Counted from the stretch's first letter, positions 12,297 through 24,788 are shown. The stretch is 64,000 bases of DNA from Thecamonas trahens ATCC 50062 (GCF_000142905.1 NW_013657662.1:248001-312000), one strand, 5' to 3'. Made by a program: numbers and translations. The notes: generated by a model not told the origin, from the sequence alone.

Positions 12297-12677
12297 TCAT
12301 CCGGACGATCCAGCGGCGGAGCCACTGCGTCCGGACGCCAGCTTGCCAAAGCCAGGTACAACCGGATCGGCGCTCCAGGGCAGGCTGGCGCCGTTCTGCC
12401 ACTCGGTCCATGCCTTGACCAGGTTCGTGCCACCCAGTCCGATGCAGATGGCGGCGACGACGGCGCCGAGCGGACGGGCAGCCTTTGACGCGGCAAATGC
12501 CTTGGGCCGGACCACCACGTCGCGGGCGAGATACAGGCCGACCGACGTCACGATAGTCCCCGAGGTCAGTGCACAGAGCATGCAGTCAGGCTCGCGCTCG
12601 TCTTCCGTCCCAGCGTCCATGCCCAGTCTATCAACCGTGCCCAGCCCCGCGGCGGTCTGGTCTGGTCTCGTCGCCAT
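12297..12677 (-). CDS. Small 2-TM protein, DUF4536/DMAC1-like
   Basis: DCMLC motif followed by two Gly-rich TM helices. Confidence 0.55.
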   Translation of the reverse strand: MATRPDQTAAGLGTVDRLGMDAGTEDEREPDCMLCALTSGTIVTSVGLYLARDVVVRPKAFAASKAARPLGAVVAAICIGLGGTNLVKAWTEWQNGASLPWSADPVVPGFGKLASGRSGSAAGSSG

Positions 12678-12944
12678 GCTCTTCCGCCGCTGCGAGAGCC
12701 GTGCCTCCTCGTCCGTCACCCACACCCACCTACACCCACCTACACCCACCCAAGCACCCAACCACACATCGCAATCTTCCACCACTCTGCGGTCGCATGT
12801 CCCCAAACCACCAAAGTCCGATTTTAGGACGTGCAACCCCTCATCGAACCCGGGTTCCATGGCGTCGCCAACACCAAAATGGCGCACAGCTGCACGCAGG
12901 CCGCCATCGTCGCTCAGTCCACATCTCATCCCACACATCACACC

Positions 12945-13874
12945 ATGTCCAAGCCGACCAACTGGGATGACTTTGAAAAGCTCATCCACGCAGCCATGTA
13001 CAACGATCTCCGTGTGGCACCCGAAGAGCGCCCGCTCCTCCTCGCGGCGCCGACGGCCCTCGACATGCGCGCGCTCACCAAGATGGCCCAGATCGCGTTT
13101 GAGACCTTTGGCGTGCCAGCGCTGTGGATGATCCAGTCGGCCACGCTCGGCGTTGTGGCTGCAGGCTCGGTGACCGGCTTGGCGGTCGAGTTTGGCGCGC
13201 GCTCGGTTACGGTCACGCCGGTCTTTGACGGCTACGCCATTTCTGCCGCAACCGTCATGGTGCCCATCGGTGGCGATCTCATCACAGACCACCTCATGCG
13301 GCTCCTGACCGAGCGCGGCTACTCGTTCACCACGACAGCTGAGCGTGAGATTGTCCGCGACATCAAGGAGAAGCTCTGCTTTGTCACGCCCGACTTTGAG
13401 GGCGAGCTAGCGCTGGCCGCTGATGGCGGCGCCGGCCCCGACAGCGAGCGCACTTACGAGCTTCCTGATGGCCAGGTCATTACCATCTCTTCGGAGCTCT
13501 TCCGCGCACCCGAAATCCTGTTCCGTCCGGCCCTCGCCGGCGTCGAAGCCGTCTCGCTCCCCGACGCCATCCTCGTCGCGGTCATGCGCACAGAGCCAGA
13601 GCTTCGCCGCGAGCTCCTCTCGCGCATCGTCATCACTGGCGGCCCCAGCGCCACCCGCGGTCTCGGCGACCGCATTGAGCTCGAGCTGGCCCGCATCCTT
13701 CCCGACGACGTCATCTCGCACGTGGTCACCTCCTCGGCTCGCGAGAGGAAGTACGCCACTTGGATTGGCGGTTCGATCATCGGCTCCCTCACCGCCTTCC
13801 ACTCTCATATCATCACCGCCGATGAGTTCAATGCCTGTGGCCCCGCCAAGGCTGTTGCGCGCCGGATGTGGTAA
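12945..13874 (+). CDS. Divergent actin-like protein lacking the first ~75 actin residues
   Basis: TNWDDFEK, LRVAPEE, LTERGYSFTTTAEREIVRDIKEKLC, YELPDGQVITI, ERKYATWIGGSI. The start context is CACC-ATG. Confidence 0.85.
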   Translation: MSKPTNWDDFEKLIHAAMYNDLRVAPEERPLLLAAPTALDMRALTKMAQIAFETFGVPALWMIQSATLGVVAAGSVTGLAVEFGARSVTVTPVFDGYAISAATVMVPIGGDLITDHLMRLLTERGYSFTTTAEREIVRDIKEKLCFVTPDFEGELALAADGGAGPDSERTYELPDGQVITISSELFRAPEILFRPALAGVEAVSLPDAILVAVMRTEPELRRELLSRIVITGGPSATRGLGDRIELELARILPDDVISHVVTSSARERKYATWIGGSIIGSLTAFHSHIITADEFNACGPAKAVARRMW

Positions 13875-14300
13875 AGCATAGCCAAAGTCCTTGCACATGC
13901 TTGCCACACGCGTGCGTGACCGCAGCACGTGCCACAATCGGCAGTCCACGGCACATCCACAGCTGCCCCACCACTCGCTCGCCTTTGTTCTCCGGGACGC
14001 CCTGGAGTGTCCTTATCCGCACCTCCTCCGTCCGCCTCCCCCGTCCCCCCCCCCCCCTTCCTTGCCGTCCCTAACCCCACCCACTCCACCTCCACCTACT
14101 CCACCGCTACTCACTCCACCCGCCACCTCCGCACCACCCGCACCGCACATCGTCGCAGCTCCGCGGAGTCCTTGGTGGCTGGACAGCGCGGGAAAAAAAA
14201 CTAGCCTTTGCTTGATCTGTCCTCAATTGATCGTATAATTGACCAGTGACATTGAGCCCACCCGTTGCAACTCCTCTCGACTGCTTGTGGATCCTCCGCC

Positions 14301-17300
14301 ATGGGTTGCGGCTCGTCCAAGAAGCAGGGCCGGGCCGGACCACAAAGGCCAACCGGTGCGCGGGAGACTGCTACCACCCAGCATCATGAGGACCAACCGT
14401 CGTACTCGTTGTCGCTCACCTCGGCCGACTCAGGTACGCTCTCGAGCTCAGAGTCGAGGTTGGCCCAGGACTCGCGTCGTCGCTCTTCGGCACGCGCGGC
14501 AGACACGCGCCAACACACCGCCGGCCCAGGCACCGCATTACGATCGAGTCAGACGAGCTCCAGTGGCTCGGAAGACAGCAGCGACAATGCCGACTCGTCT
14601 GACGCTCTGGCAAGGCACCGGAAAGCATGGAACGAGGGCGTCGACCACTCATCAGAGTCCTCGGTCATGTTTGTGACCGACGAGGCCGGTGAGGAGGCCG
14701 TCGCTGCTGCGCGGTTCACCGTTGGTGGCCGCGTTGTCGACGTTACCAGCCTTGCGGCCTCCTCGCGCGCAAAGTCACCTGAGCCCGACGAGCTCTCGGG
14801 CCTGCCAGGTCTCGATCCGGCGCTGCTGCTCGAGAACGCGTCGACCGTCCCGCTCCCTCCAGCACGTGACGTTGTTGTTTATGACTCGACGGATGCATCG
14901 GCGCCGCTCGCGCCTGTCAAGGGCCCCAAGCCGCGGGTAGCACCCTTTGACGCCGCATCCTCGCATTTTGCCTCGCTCTTGCCTGACGCCCGCGCCGCAC
15001 TTGACGCACTCGCCGCAGCCCGCGCCCATGCCGGCCTCGCCCCGCTCTTTTTGACGACGTTCTGGCTTCGGGCGCGATGGCCCACGCCCAGTACATTGCC
15101 GCCAACGAGGCCCATGGCGAGAGTCGCCACCTGCACTACGAGCTCGAGCACCGCGCAGGCTACTCCTCTATCGGTGACGACGTCGCGCGAAAGGCTGCTG
15201 TTGCTGTGGGCTCCTCGGGCGTCGCCGCCCTCGCCACCGGCGTGCTCGCCGATCCCGACGCCCGCGCCAAGGTCTTTGTCCGCCACCCGTCGCGCATCGG
15301 CCTCGCCACCGTTCCGCTCGCCACTCCGCGCACCGGCCTCACCGGCGAAGTTGTCCTCGTTGTTGTCCTCGCCGCCATCGACGGGCCGGAAAAGACAGAG
15401 TTTGCCGCCCTCCCGCGCGTTGTACCCTGGCCGCCTCCCGAAGCCCGCAAGCTCCACCGCGCCTGGCGTCCGCTGCCATCCGATGCCCCGACCGCTCTCC
15501 GCGCTCATTCCTTTCATGCTGCCCTTGCCAACCTACCGGGCTTCTCGCCGGACGCCACCCTCGGCTACCCGATCACTCTAGCGCTTGCGCCGGCTGACGC
15601 CGCCGACCTCATCGACTGTGCCGCCCACATTGCGGCCGTCACTGCCGAGCCCGGCGCCTCGCGTGCACCGACTCCCCTTGACGCATGGGTCCTTGCCCCT
15701 TCGCCGCGCCTCGCCAACGCCCGGCGCTTCTCACCGCTACCAGACACCATCGTGGTCATACCCACTTGCCCGCTGCCGGTCAACGCCCGCGTCGACGTCG
15801 AACTCACGCTCTCATTTGCCTCGGCACCCGAGCTGTGTCTCAGCTGGTCGTTCACCACCCGCGGCCACGCCGAGTTTATCGTCAACGCCCATGCCAGCTT
15901 TGAGACCTCGCCTCTCACCACGCTTGCTTCTGTCCTCGCGGCCTCGCTCGCACTGCCACTTCGAACTGACGTGCCCGCTCAGTGCGCACACGGCGACTCG
16001 CAGCTCGTGGCGAGCGGCGAAGAGGTGACCATTCGGTTCGGTCCTGGCATCCACGACCTCAGCCCGTGGTTTGCCAATGCCTCGGCACCACCGCTAGTCT
16101 CGACTTCGCGGTCGCTCGTCCTTGTCGGATGCGATCCCGAAATCGGCGAGTCGGTACTGGTCGTTCCGTCGCGCGCGGCAGACACGAGTTCGGCCATCAC
16201 TCCGCTACCTGTGATTCGCCTGCTGTCGCCATCGCACCTTCGTCCGTGCGTCGAAGTCCGCAACATTGCCTACCGTGGCCCAAGACCGCTGCTGGACGTC
16301 CCCAACCATTCCCGTGTAGTCCTCACCGGAGCCTCAATTTCGTCCACTGTTTCGAGTGTAGCCTGCGCCGGCAGCGGAGCAAGCTTCTCGCTCCGCTCGG
16401 TCCGCATGGTCGACATCGGCCCCAAGCGTGCACCCGGTACCAAGCCGCCTCCACTCTTTGCCACCCGTCCCGGCGCCACGATCTCGACCGTTCTCGTTGG
16501 CTCGCGCAATTGGTTCCATCACGTCGGCGCCGAGTGGCATACATTCGAGTGGCAGAGCGACCCCGACGAGCCTGACATCACCTCGGCCACGCTACAGCTC
16601 ACCGCCAACCCGCCGTCTTCCGGACCGGTGCCGGGCAACGATGCAAGCACCAAGCAGACACAGATCGAGCTCTACGAGTGGGTCTTTCGCATCCATTCGG
16701 CGACCAACTTGCCGCAGATGGACCGATTTGGCTCGTGCGACGCTTTTGTGGTGCTCCTTCTCAACGGCAAAGAAATTGGCCGAACGTCCGTGGTCTCCAA
16801 TTCATGTAACCCGGTGTGGCCAGAGACCGAGCCTGGCGGCGAGATTGTGGTCTCGGGCCGTACTGGGCACAGGCTCACCTCATCGCACGCCCGACTCCGC
16901 CTCGAGGTCCGCGACCACGACCGCGGCTCGAAAAACGACGCGGTTGGCTGTGTTGAAGCCAAGGCCTGTGAATGGGCGTCTGGCTCCGGCTTTGTGCCGC
17001 GCGAGTACGCGCTCGAGCCGCTGCCCCGGTCATCTGAGTCGTCAGACACCAGCTCCAACGCCGACCAAGAGCTGGGATCTATTGTGGTTTCGCTGGCGCG
17101 GCGCCCGGTCACCGCGGCCGCCAAGCTTGTTACCTCGTTTTCGTCGGTCTCGCTGCCGTCGCCGACAAGTCCTGTTGCGCCGCCGTCGTCGTCGTTTTCC
17201 GAGTGCGACGAGACATCTGGTTCGGTCCCGTTCGCACATTGGCGTGTGGGCGTCGCTGCCGTGGTGCCTCTGGTCCATGAGCTTGCCGACGTGCTTGCCC

Positions 17301-19066
17301 TCGTCTCCCCGCGGGACGTTGTTCACATCCTGCCCGGTCGCCACGCTCTTGCTGCTCCCGTGGTCATCCCGGTCCCAGATCTCACCATCATGGGCGCGTC
17401 TAAGGCGTGTGTTTTTGAGCCACGCGCCGCTGCTCCGGGCTCTCCGCTTGTTTTGGTGCCTTCCTCGGCCTCGCCGTTTATGATGTCCGAGGTGACGCTG
17501 GACATGGGCAAAGAGGCATGCTCCGCTCCGCTGTACCTCATGCCTGGTGCAGTGGCCCATCTGGCGCAAGTGACGACGCTCTCGCGCGGAACCGGCCTCC
17601 TTGCCGCGTACATGATCGAACCAGGCGCCAAGCTCTCTGTCGAGCTCTGCGACTTTACCCGCATGTTCACTGATCATGTGGCGTACGTCCGCCCGCTTCC
17701 GCCGCGTTCGCCTGGCCTCGGACTCCCCGGTGCGTTTCTGGACGGTGGCGGCAACATGTGGAGGATGCGCGGCTCCCTAGTGGCCGGCGACGTCTCGCGG
17801 TCGTCCAAGTCGATCTCGCAGCGGACCGGCCGGCTCATCTCGACCGCGTCCGACGGCGGCACCGTTACTGTCACCCGCGGCAAGTCGAGCACCGGCTCGA
17901 GCTCGGCTCCAGGCGAACCGGTCTCGGGTGTGGTGTGGGACGTGAGCTCAGACGCCGAGTTTGCTTTTGCCGCTGAAAAGTTTGGCGATGGTGACCACCT
18001 AGTCCTCGCTCCCGGTACCTACGAGCTGACCGAAGCGATGTGGATTGGCAACGGGCTCTCCTGCGTAGTGCGGTCGTCGCGGAAGACTCGCAAGGCCGAC
18101 GCTCGCGTCGTCCTTAGCCGCGCCAAAGGCAGCGTTGCTCCATTTGCCTCGGTCGAGTCCAGGGGCCAACTGACGTTGGAAAACGTGACTCTCGACAACA
18201 GCGGCGACGACACTCCGGCGTTTGTTATCGATGGCGAGGGCTCGGAAGTTGTGCTGAAGCACGTCGACGCTCGCCGGTTCGGCAACGCCAAGCTTGGGCT
18301 CGGCGTTGTCGGTGCTGGCGCCACACTTCGTATTGAGGGCACGTTTGACTTTGTCACTTTCGCCGGTCCACACCTCGCCCACGTAGCGGGCCCCTCGCCC
18401 GACTCGGGTGCCGACGCCGGAGCGCTTGTGCTCGCCCCAGGCGTGTACCACGGGCGAGCGCCGCCGGTAAGCGGCGACGTGCGGAACGTCAGTCTTGTCG
18501 GCTCGGCGTCGTCATCGGAGCATGCCACCACATGGCAGGTGGCGGTGGAGCCCGATTCTGAGCGGGAACATACGCTTCAGGCCGTCATGGGCCTCTACTC
18601 ACACGGCGACACCATCGCCATGGCCCCGGGCCGGTACGAGCTCCAGCACGAGCTCGAGTTTGCACGCGGGCTTGATGTCTCGATCGTGGCAACTGGCGAG
18701 GTGGTCGTTGTCCGCGGCGCAAGCAATGACGACGCGCTCTTTGGGACCGGGCCGGGTGCCCAGGTGACCTTTGGCGCAAATGGCCGCGGGGCGCGGCTTG
18801 TGCTCGACAATGCAGGTTCGTTGCACCCGATGCTCAACGTGGCAGCCGAGACCCTTGTCTCGCTTGACAGCGTCGTGCTGGCCAACATGGGCAAGTCGTA
18901 CTTTGCTCGGATAGAGCCGGGCGGCAAGCTCGAGCTACACGCCGTCGACCTGACCCGCTACACATCTCCATTCCTCGCCTACGCCGTCGACACTTCGGCA
19001 ACGATCGCCGTCGACAACCACGCCGTGACCTGGGGCGACACGCGGCCGGTGTCCAACACGGACTAG
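14301..19066 (+). CDS. Multidomain protein: MGCGSS acylation motif, CAP/SCP-like + Ig-like module, C2 domain, repeated beta-helix-like modules; apparent frameshift at ~15050
   Basis: C2: IHSATNLPQMDRFGSCDAFV..RTSVVSNSCNPVW..EVRDHDRGSKNDAVG. Repeated GD.(I/L).L.PG.YEL caps. One added T gives AGLAPLFFDDVLASGAMAHAQY (CAP-like). Confidence 0.75.
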
Positions 19067-19143
19067 CCGCGCTCACGCCAGCAGCACCAGCAGCAGGAGG
19101 AGAATCGAGTGGGAATAAAAGACGAATTGCTCTTGCTTGCTCT

Positions 19144-20139
19144 TTACACCTCGCCTGCAGTGGTGGGCAGCTTGAGGGCGGCGTCGCCCGACATGATCTT
19201 GACAAAGTAGTAGTAGAAGAAGTCGCCAAAGAGCGCGGTCTGCACAAAGCCAGCGATCCAGGCAATCCAGTTGGAGTAGTACGGCTCTGTGGCGTAGCGG
19301 TAGACCCAGTTGACAAGGTACAGGGCACGGTAGCCGCCGACAGCAAACATGTAGTGCGACGAGAGCGAGTCGGCCTCGCCGGTCTCGATGAGCAGCATAA
19401 GCTGCGGCATGACCGCCACGGCCTCGAGGTAGATGGAGAAGGTCCACAGGATCTCCAGAATGGTAAACTGTGCATTAAAGATGAGGGCAAGGACGGCGCA
19501 CGGCGCAAGAATGTGCCACAGCACAAAGGTGTCGCGCGCATCGTCCGACGTCGACTTGAGCTCGGTCCGCATCAGGTACACGATGTAGTAGCTGGCGGCA
19601 AGGAACAGGATCTTCATAAACGTGTTGTACAGCGTGAGCCCTGTGATGTGTGCAAAGTTGAACGTGATCATCATGCCCAGCACGTGGAACAGATCCAGAT
19701 ACCGGCAAGTGAACACGAGCGTGTACATCAGCTGTGTCTTGAACGAGATGCCCTTGCACGACTTGGTAGCCTTCATCTTGAAAATGAGGATAAAGAAGCT
19801 GTACTCGTCACATGACCCCCAGTCCCCCCCACACACACCATTTCCCCCGTCGCCCGTAGTCGCCATACTATGTAGTGAGTCTCTACCCCTCCCCCCTCCC
19901 CCTCTCTCCCCCCTCCCCATCCCTCCCCCCTCCCCCCTCGCCCCTCACCCCCTCGTCTGCCAGTGACGTCGCCAAAAACCGCCACCCACCGACCGCCCAC
20001 CCGCATTGCTGAGGAGGTGCCACCAGCCACGTTCCACATGCCACCACTACGCCTACGCTAACCCCTTTCCCCCCTGATACCACCCATTGTCATACCTGGC
20101 AAGGTGCAGCAGGTCTGCCGAGATGCGGAAGATGTTCAT
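19144..20139 (-). CDS. ERD2: ER lumen protein-retaining (KDEL) receptor; exons 20139-20096, 19798-19144
   Basis: MNIFRISADLLHLAS|FFILIFKM..KSCKGISFKTQ..RYLDLF..WTFSIYLEAVAVMPQL..YRALY. Intron is GTATGA...TACAG. Confidence 0.95.
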
Positions 20140-20886
20140 GCTGCCACTCGTTCTTGGCGCCTGCGACAAATGTCTGTCTCACTTTGCAGAGAGCCAGTGG
20201 CTGCCGACTGGCGCGGTGACGGAGAGGAAGAAGCAGCGGAGGGCGTGGAGGATGGATAGCAAGGGCGGGGATGACAAGTGATGAACGGATCGTGTGCAGT
20301 GGGCATAGTTACCGTTGTGAATGTGATAGTTTGGGAGGATAAAGTAGAATCAAGACTCGGCATGAGTATGGCGATTGGGCCTTCAGCCGTAGCACCACCG
20401 GTCGCCGACCTCAGCTGTGTAGCTGGCCCCACCACGGCCGCCACTGTCACCCCACACGCGCCAGTGGCCATGACCTGCCACGGCTGGGTTGCCCAATGCC
20501 AGTGGCACTGCGACAGCCACTCGACTGCGCGAGGAAGAGCGGCTGAGAGGAGGGTACGTGGACATGGGTGTAGAGCATGGGGGGGGATGGGGGTTGGGAG
20601 GGAGTGGGGGAGGGAGGGAGGGAGGGAGGGAGGGGCATGTCACGCGGAGGGGGAGGGGAGGGGCGAGGGATGGACGTGGCCTTCCTGCCCTTCCCTCCCT
20701 CCCCCACTCCCTCCTAACCCCCCCTCTTCACCCATCCCCCTTCACACACCAACTGGCTATACAGCAGACTCATTGACAGGTGGGATGTTCTGGATGGATG
20801 GCGGTGGCTGGTACTGGTGTGGGCGTGGGCTGGACTGGGGGTGGGGTGGGGGGCGTGGCGGACAGGGGATACGAGACAGCGACCGG

Positions 20887-23800
20887 ATGCGCAAGGCTGT
20901 CCAGCGGCATGTGCTATCGTTCATGGGCACTCGGTGTGGGGTTGTCACGTGTGTGATCGGCACTCTGCTGACAGTCAACACGGTGCTGGTGCTTGCGGCC
21001 ATGCTCGCGGCGCAGTGGTCAGGCACCGGCACGGCCTCCCCACCGCCGTCTTTCTTCTCGCTCTTTGCGTCGATGCTCGGCCTCGGCTGGGCCGCGCCAG
21101 CGTCGTCGAGCAACCTACCGCTGGCCTCATGCTCCTCGGTTCTCACCGATAATCTTGCCGGCAAATCATTTGAGCACGCGCTCTGCTCGCCCATTCCCAT
21201 CGACATTGTCTACACCTGGGTCAACGGCTCGGACACCAAGCTGCTTGACGATCTGGCCCACTACAAGGCCTTGTTTGCCGAGATGTACCCCGAAGCCGCG
21301 GCAGCCGAGGCCGAGGAGGCTGAAGCCTTGGCAGCCGCCGAGGCCGAGGCTGCGGCCGAGGCGGCAGCCTTGGCGGCCGCGGCCGTCAACGGGACTGGCA
21401 GCGGCAACGCGACTGAGGTCAAGGCCGCCGGCGCCTCGCGGTTCCGTGACAACAATGAGCTCATGTACTCGCTGCGGTCGATCGAGAAGTTTGCGCCGTG
21501 GATCCGCCGCATCTTTATCGTCACCAACGGGCAGGTCCCGTCGTGGCTCAACATCGATCACCCCCGCATCGATGTCATTCCGCACGAGGACATCTTCCCC
21601 GACCCGTCGCACCTGCCGACCTTTTCGTCGCCGGCCATCGAGGTCCATCTCCACCGAATCCCGGGCCTCTCGGACAAGTTCATTTACTTCAACGACGACG
21701 TCATGTTCGGATCCGAGGTCTGGCCCGATGACTTTGTGACTCATGCCAATGGGCAAAAGGTGTACCTAGCGTGGGCAGTGCCGAATTGCAACGAGGGCTG
21801 TCCGGCGTCGTGGATCAACGACGGCGTGTGTGACACGGCATGCAACGTCTCGGCATGTGACTGGGACGGAATGGACTGCGTCAACGTCACCTCGACTTCG
21901 CGCTACTCGTCATGGTGGTCCGGCTCGTCGTGGTCTTCATCGTCGTCGTCGGCTGCCCGCTACTCGAGCTACTGCGCACCCGGGTGCCCGGACTCGTGGA
22001 TCGGTGACCGCTACTGCGACAAGGCGTGCACCAACGAGGCGTGCGGCTGGGATGCGACCGATTGCGGCGTCGACCGCATGGTCAACGAGGGCATGTTTGG
22101 CGTCGAGGCTACCGACGCTTCTGCCTTTCCACTCACTGTCCCGCCACACACTCCGGCCATGTTTGTCAACCTGACTTTGCTCTTTGGCCATGACGGCCAC
22201 GTCGACGAGGGCTCGCATGACAACTCGGACATGGTCCGCACTGCCACCATTTCGCAGCGCAACAAGATCATGACGCTCACTTTCCACCGCGACGTCAACA
22301 CCACTGGCGTGACCCTGTTTGTCGCCGGCAAGGCTGCCGACGGCTCGACTGTTGCCGCCACCCTCAACATCACTGTCTCTACCGGGCCCGACACCCTGCC
22401 TGCTGCTGATGTCGCGACAGCCAGCGACGACGCAAGCGTAGCTGTCGACGCCGGCTCTGCGCCAGCGCCGAGCCACAGCACCGACGATGGGGCGTTGGGC
22501 GACGAGGCCGAGCCGGGCTCTGCGCCGGCACCCGACCAGGGCGCCGACGGGGGGCGTTGGACGACGAAGTCGAGCCAGGCTCTGCGCCGGCGCCCAGGCG
22601 CGGCGAAGCGGATCCACCGAGCTCGGTGCCAGCCTCTGATGGCGGCAGCGACGCGAAGGCCGTGGACGACGCATCGGATCATGACGCGTCGGGACACGAC
22701 CTGAGGCGGCGACTGTTGGCAGCGCCGACAAACCAAGACGGCGGTGCCAACAAAGAGCCGAACGTGCTCTCCAACGCGCTGGCGAGAGTGGGTGCGTGGG
22801 TTGAAGCAGCCGGCGGCGGCGCCAGCAGCAGCGGCGGCGAGCCGCGACTTCCGCCGTTGCACAACAATCGTCTTGTGCCCCGCGGACAACCAAGGAGCCG
22901 GCCGCACATCAAGGCTGCCATCGCACCGTCGGATGTTCTGTTTGGCGACGAGGCCGAGGCTGAGGAGAACGACGCCGACCTGGTGACTCGCATCGAAGCT
23001 GTCAAGGCCAAGTACGCGGCGTGGGAGGCTGAGCAGGCTCAGCTACGGGACAAGTACGGTGACGAGGTCTATGAGTCGGCAGTCGAGCTGGCGACGTCGA
23101 TGTGGAGCTCGGAGCGGTCGTTTCTGCCGTGGGAGCGCCGCGAGTCGATGCTCCGGTCGGCGTGGCGGGCGGCGGCGATGGGCGTGCCAGACGAGGCGGC
23201 CTCTGCCAGCAGCGCCAGCTCGTCGGTGCTGCGGCGGCACCTGACAGACGTCTTTGGCGACTCGCTCAAGTTTGTCAACAGGCTCTTCAACGCGCGGTTT
23301 GGCATGGCGGCACGCAAGGTGCCTGCACACATGCCGCACATGATCGACCGCAACATCATGGAGCGGCTGCAGAGCCTGTTCCCGGACGAGTACGATGCGA
23401 CGTCGTCGCACAAGCTGCGGATGGGAACCGACATGCAGATGGCGTTTTCGTACTTTTACTTTCTCATGGAGGAGAAGCGCGAGTTTGAGCTCGAGCAATA
23501 CTTTCACGAGCACATTGACGTCGATGCCGACGGCTACATGTCAGACAACGAGCTGCGGACACTTGCTGCGCGGATTTACGAGCTCCCACTCGACTACGGC
23601 CAGCTCGGAGAGCTGCATCAAGCCATGGAAGAGGCATACGAGGTGGTCCATGGCGTGCCAGTGGGCGAGACCGGCCCGGAGCTCGGGTTCGATCTCCAGG
23701 TGCTCTCGGCGGCGCCTGCAGTTGTCGACCGCATCATGGACCACATTGGCGAGCTTCTGCAGAACCGGTTCGAGATCAAGGATACCGACGACGTGGCGTT

Positions 23801-24191
23801 CCAGATGATCGGCGACAACGAGACCGATGTCAACCGGGCGCTCGACGGCATCCGGCGCAACCGCCACAAGTTTGTCTGCCTCAACGACAACATGGACGAC
23901 GATTCAGCGAACCCGCTTGTTGTGCAGGCTCTGCAAGACTTTTACAACTCGGTCGTCCCCTTCCCCTCGCAGTTTGAGCACCCTCCCGGCGTCCGCAACC
24001 GCTACCTGTACATCCAAGAGTATCGGGCCGAAGCTGAGCGGTCACGCCAGGCGCGGATGCTCGGCGTCGGGCTCGCTGTCCTTGTTGTTGCCGTCTGGGT
24101 CTGGCTCAACTACTGCACCGGTGACGACGCACTCTCGCGCAACAAGCGCCGCCGCGCGCTGGCAAAGTCCAAGCAGATGCTGGACGTTTAA
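20887..24191 (+). CDS. GNPTAB: GlcNAc-1-phosphotransferase alpha/beta (Stealth family); apparent frameshift at ~22550
   Basis: N-terminal TM, CR1 PIDIVYTWVNGSD, CR2 ELMYSLRSIEKFAPW, two Notch/LNR repeats, CR3 AHMPHMIDR, EF-hand DVDADGYMSDNE, CR4 FVCLNDN, C-terminal TM. Confidence 0.92.
22450..22600 (+). repeat. Imperfect ~60-bp coding tandem repeat (GSAPAP units)
   Basis: Three GGCTCTGCGCC copies about 60 bp apart. Confidence 0.8.
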
Positions 24192-24246
24192 CGCTGTAAA
24201 TCCCTCACCAGAGTTGCTTCCTGGGCCTCAATGCCACATGTTCATT

Positions 24247-24788
24247 TCATTTGGACTTGAGTGCGTGGACAAGCCAGTCGAGCCCCTCATCAATGCCCAC
24301 GCCCTCGATGGCTGAGGTCTTGAAGATCTGCCATTGGCGGTCGCGGATACGGGCAAGGCCGAGCGCCTCGGTCACCTCGGCCGGCGTGAGTGCGCCGTCG
24401 ACATCCTGCTTGTTGGCAAAGACAACCAGCGGAACACCGTTGAGGTCTTCTTCTTCAAACATGGCCGTTAGCTCCTCTGCTGAGATGCCGATGCGCTCGC
24501 GATCCGACGAGTCTACCACGTAGATGAGCGCGGAGGTGGCCTCGCCAAAGTAGCACCGCCAGTACGGCCGGATCGAAGCCTGCCCGCCCAGATCCCAGAC
24601 CGAGAACGTGACGTTCTTGTATGTAACCTCCTCCACATTGAAGCCGATAGTGGGGATGGTGGTCACCACCTCTCCGCAGTGCATCCGATACAGGATGGTC
24701 GTCTTGCCCGCGTTGTCCAGCCCCAGGATGAGAATGCGCATCTCCTTCTCACCCCACAGCTTGGAGAGCATCGACGTGAAAAAGTTAC
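24247..24788 (-). CDS. ARL1: ARF-like GTPase 1 (main exon; the tiny first exon ATG-G was not located and may lie in the gap)
   Basis: GACAG|GT AAC gives (G)[50 protein letters not shown]. Confidence 0.92.

Noticed and set aside
17449-17456. NTT TTG as a universal programmed -1 frameshift signal
   Set aside because: The same sequence is read in frame here and at ~40670, and the shift sites lack a canonical X_XXY_YYZ heptamer.
19144-24788. ERD2-GNPTAB-ARL1 as a functional Golgi gene cluster
   Set aside because: Three adjacent Golgi genes could be chance in a gene-dense genome, and no synteny or co-expression evidence is available.
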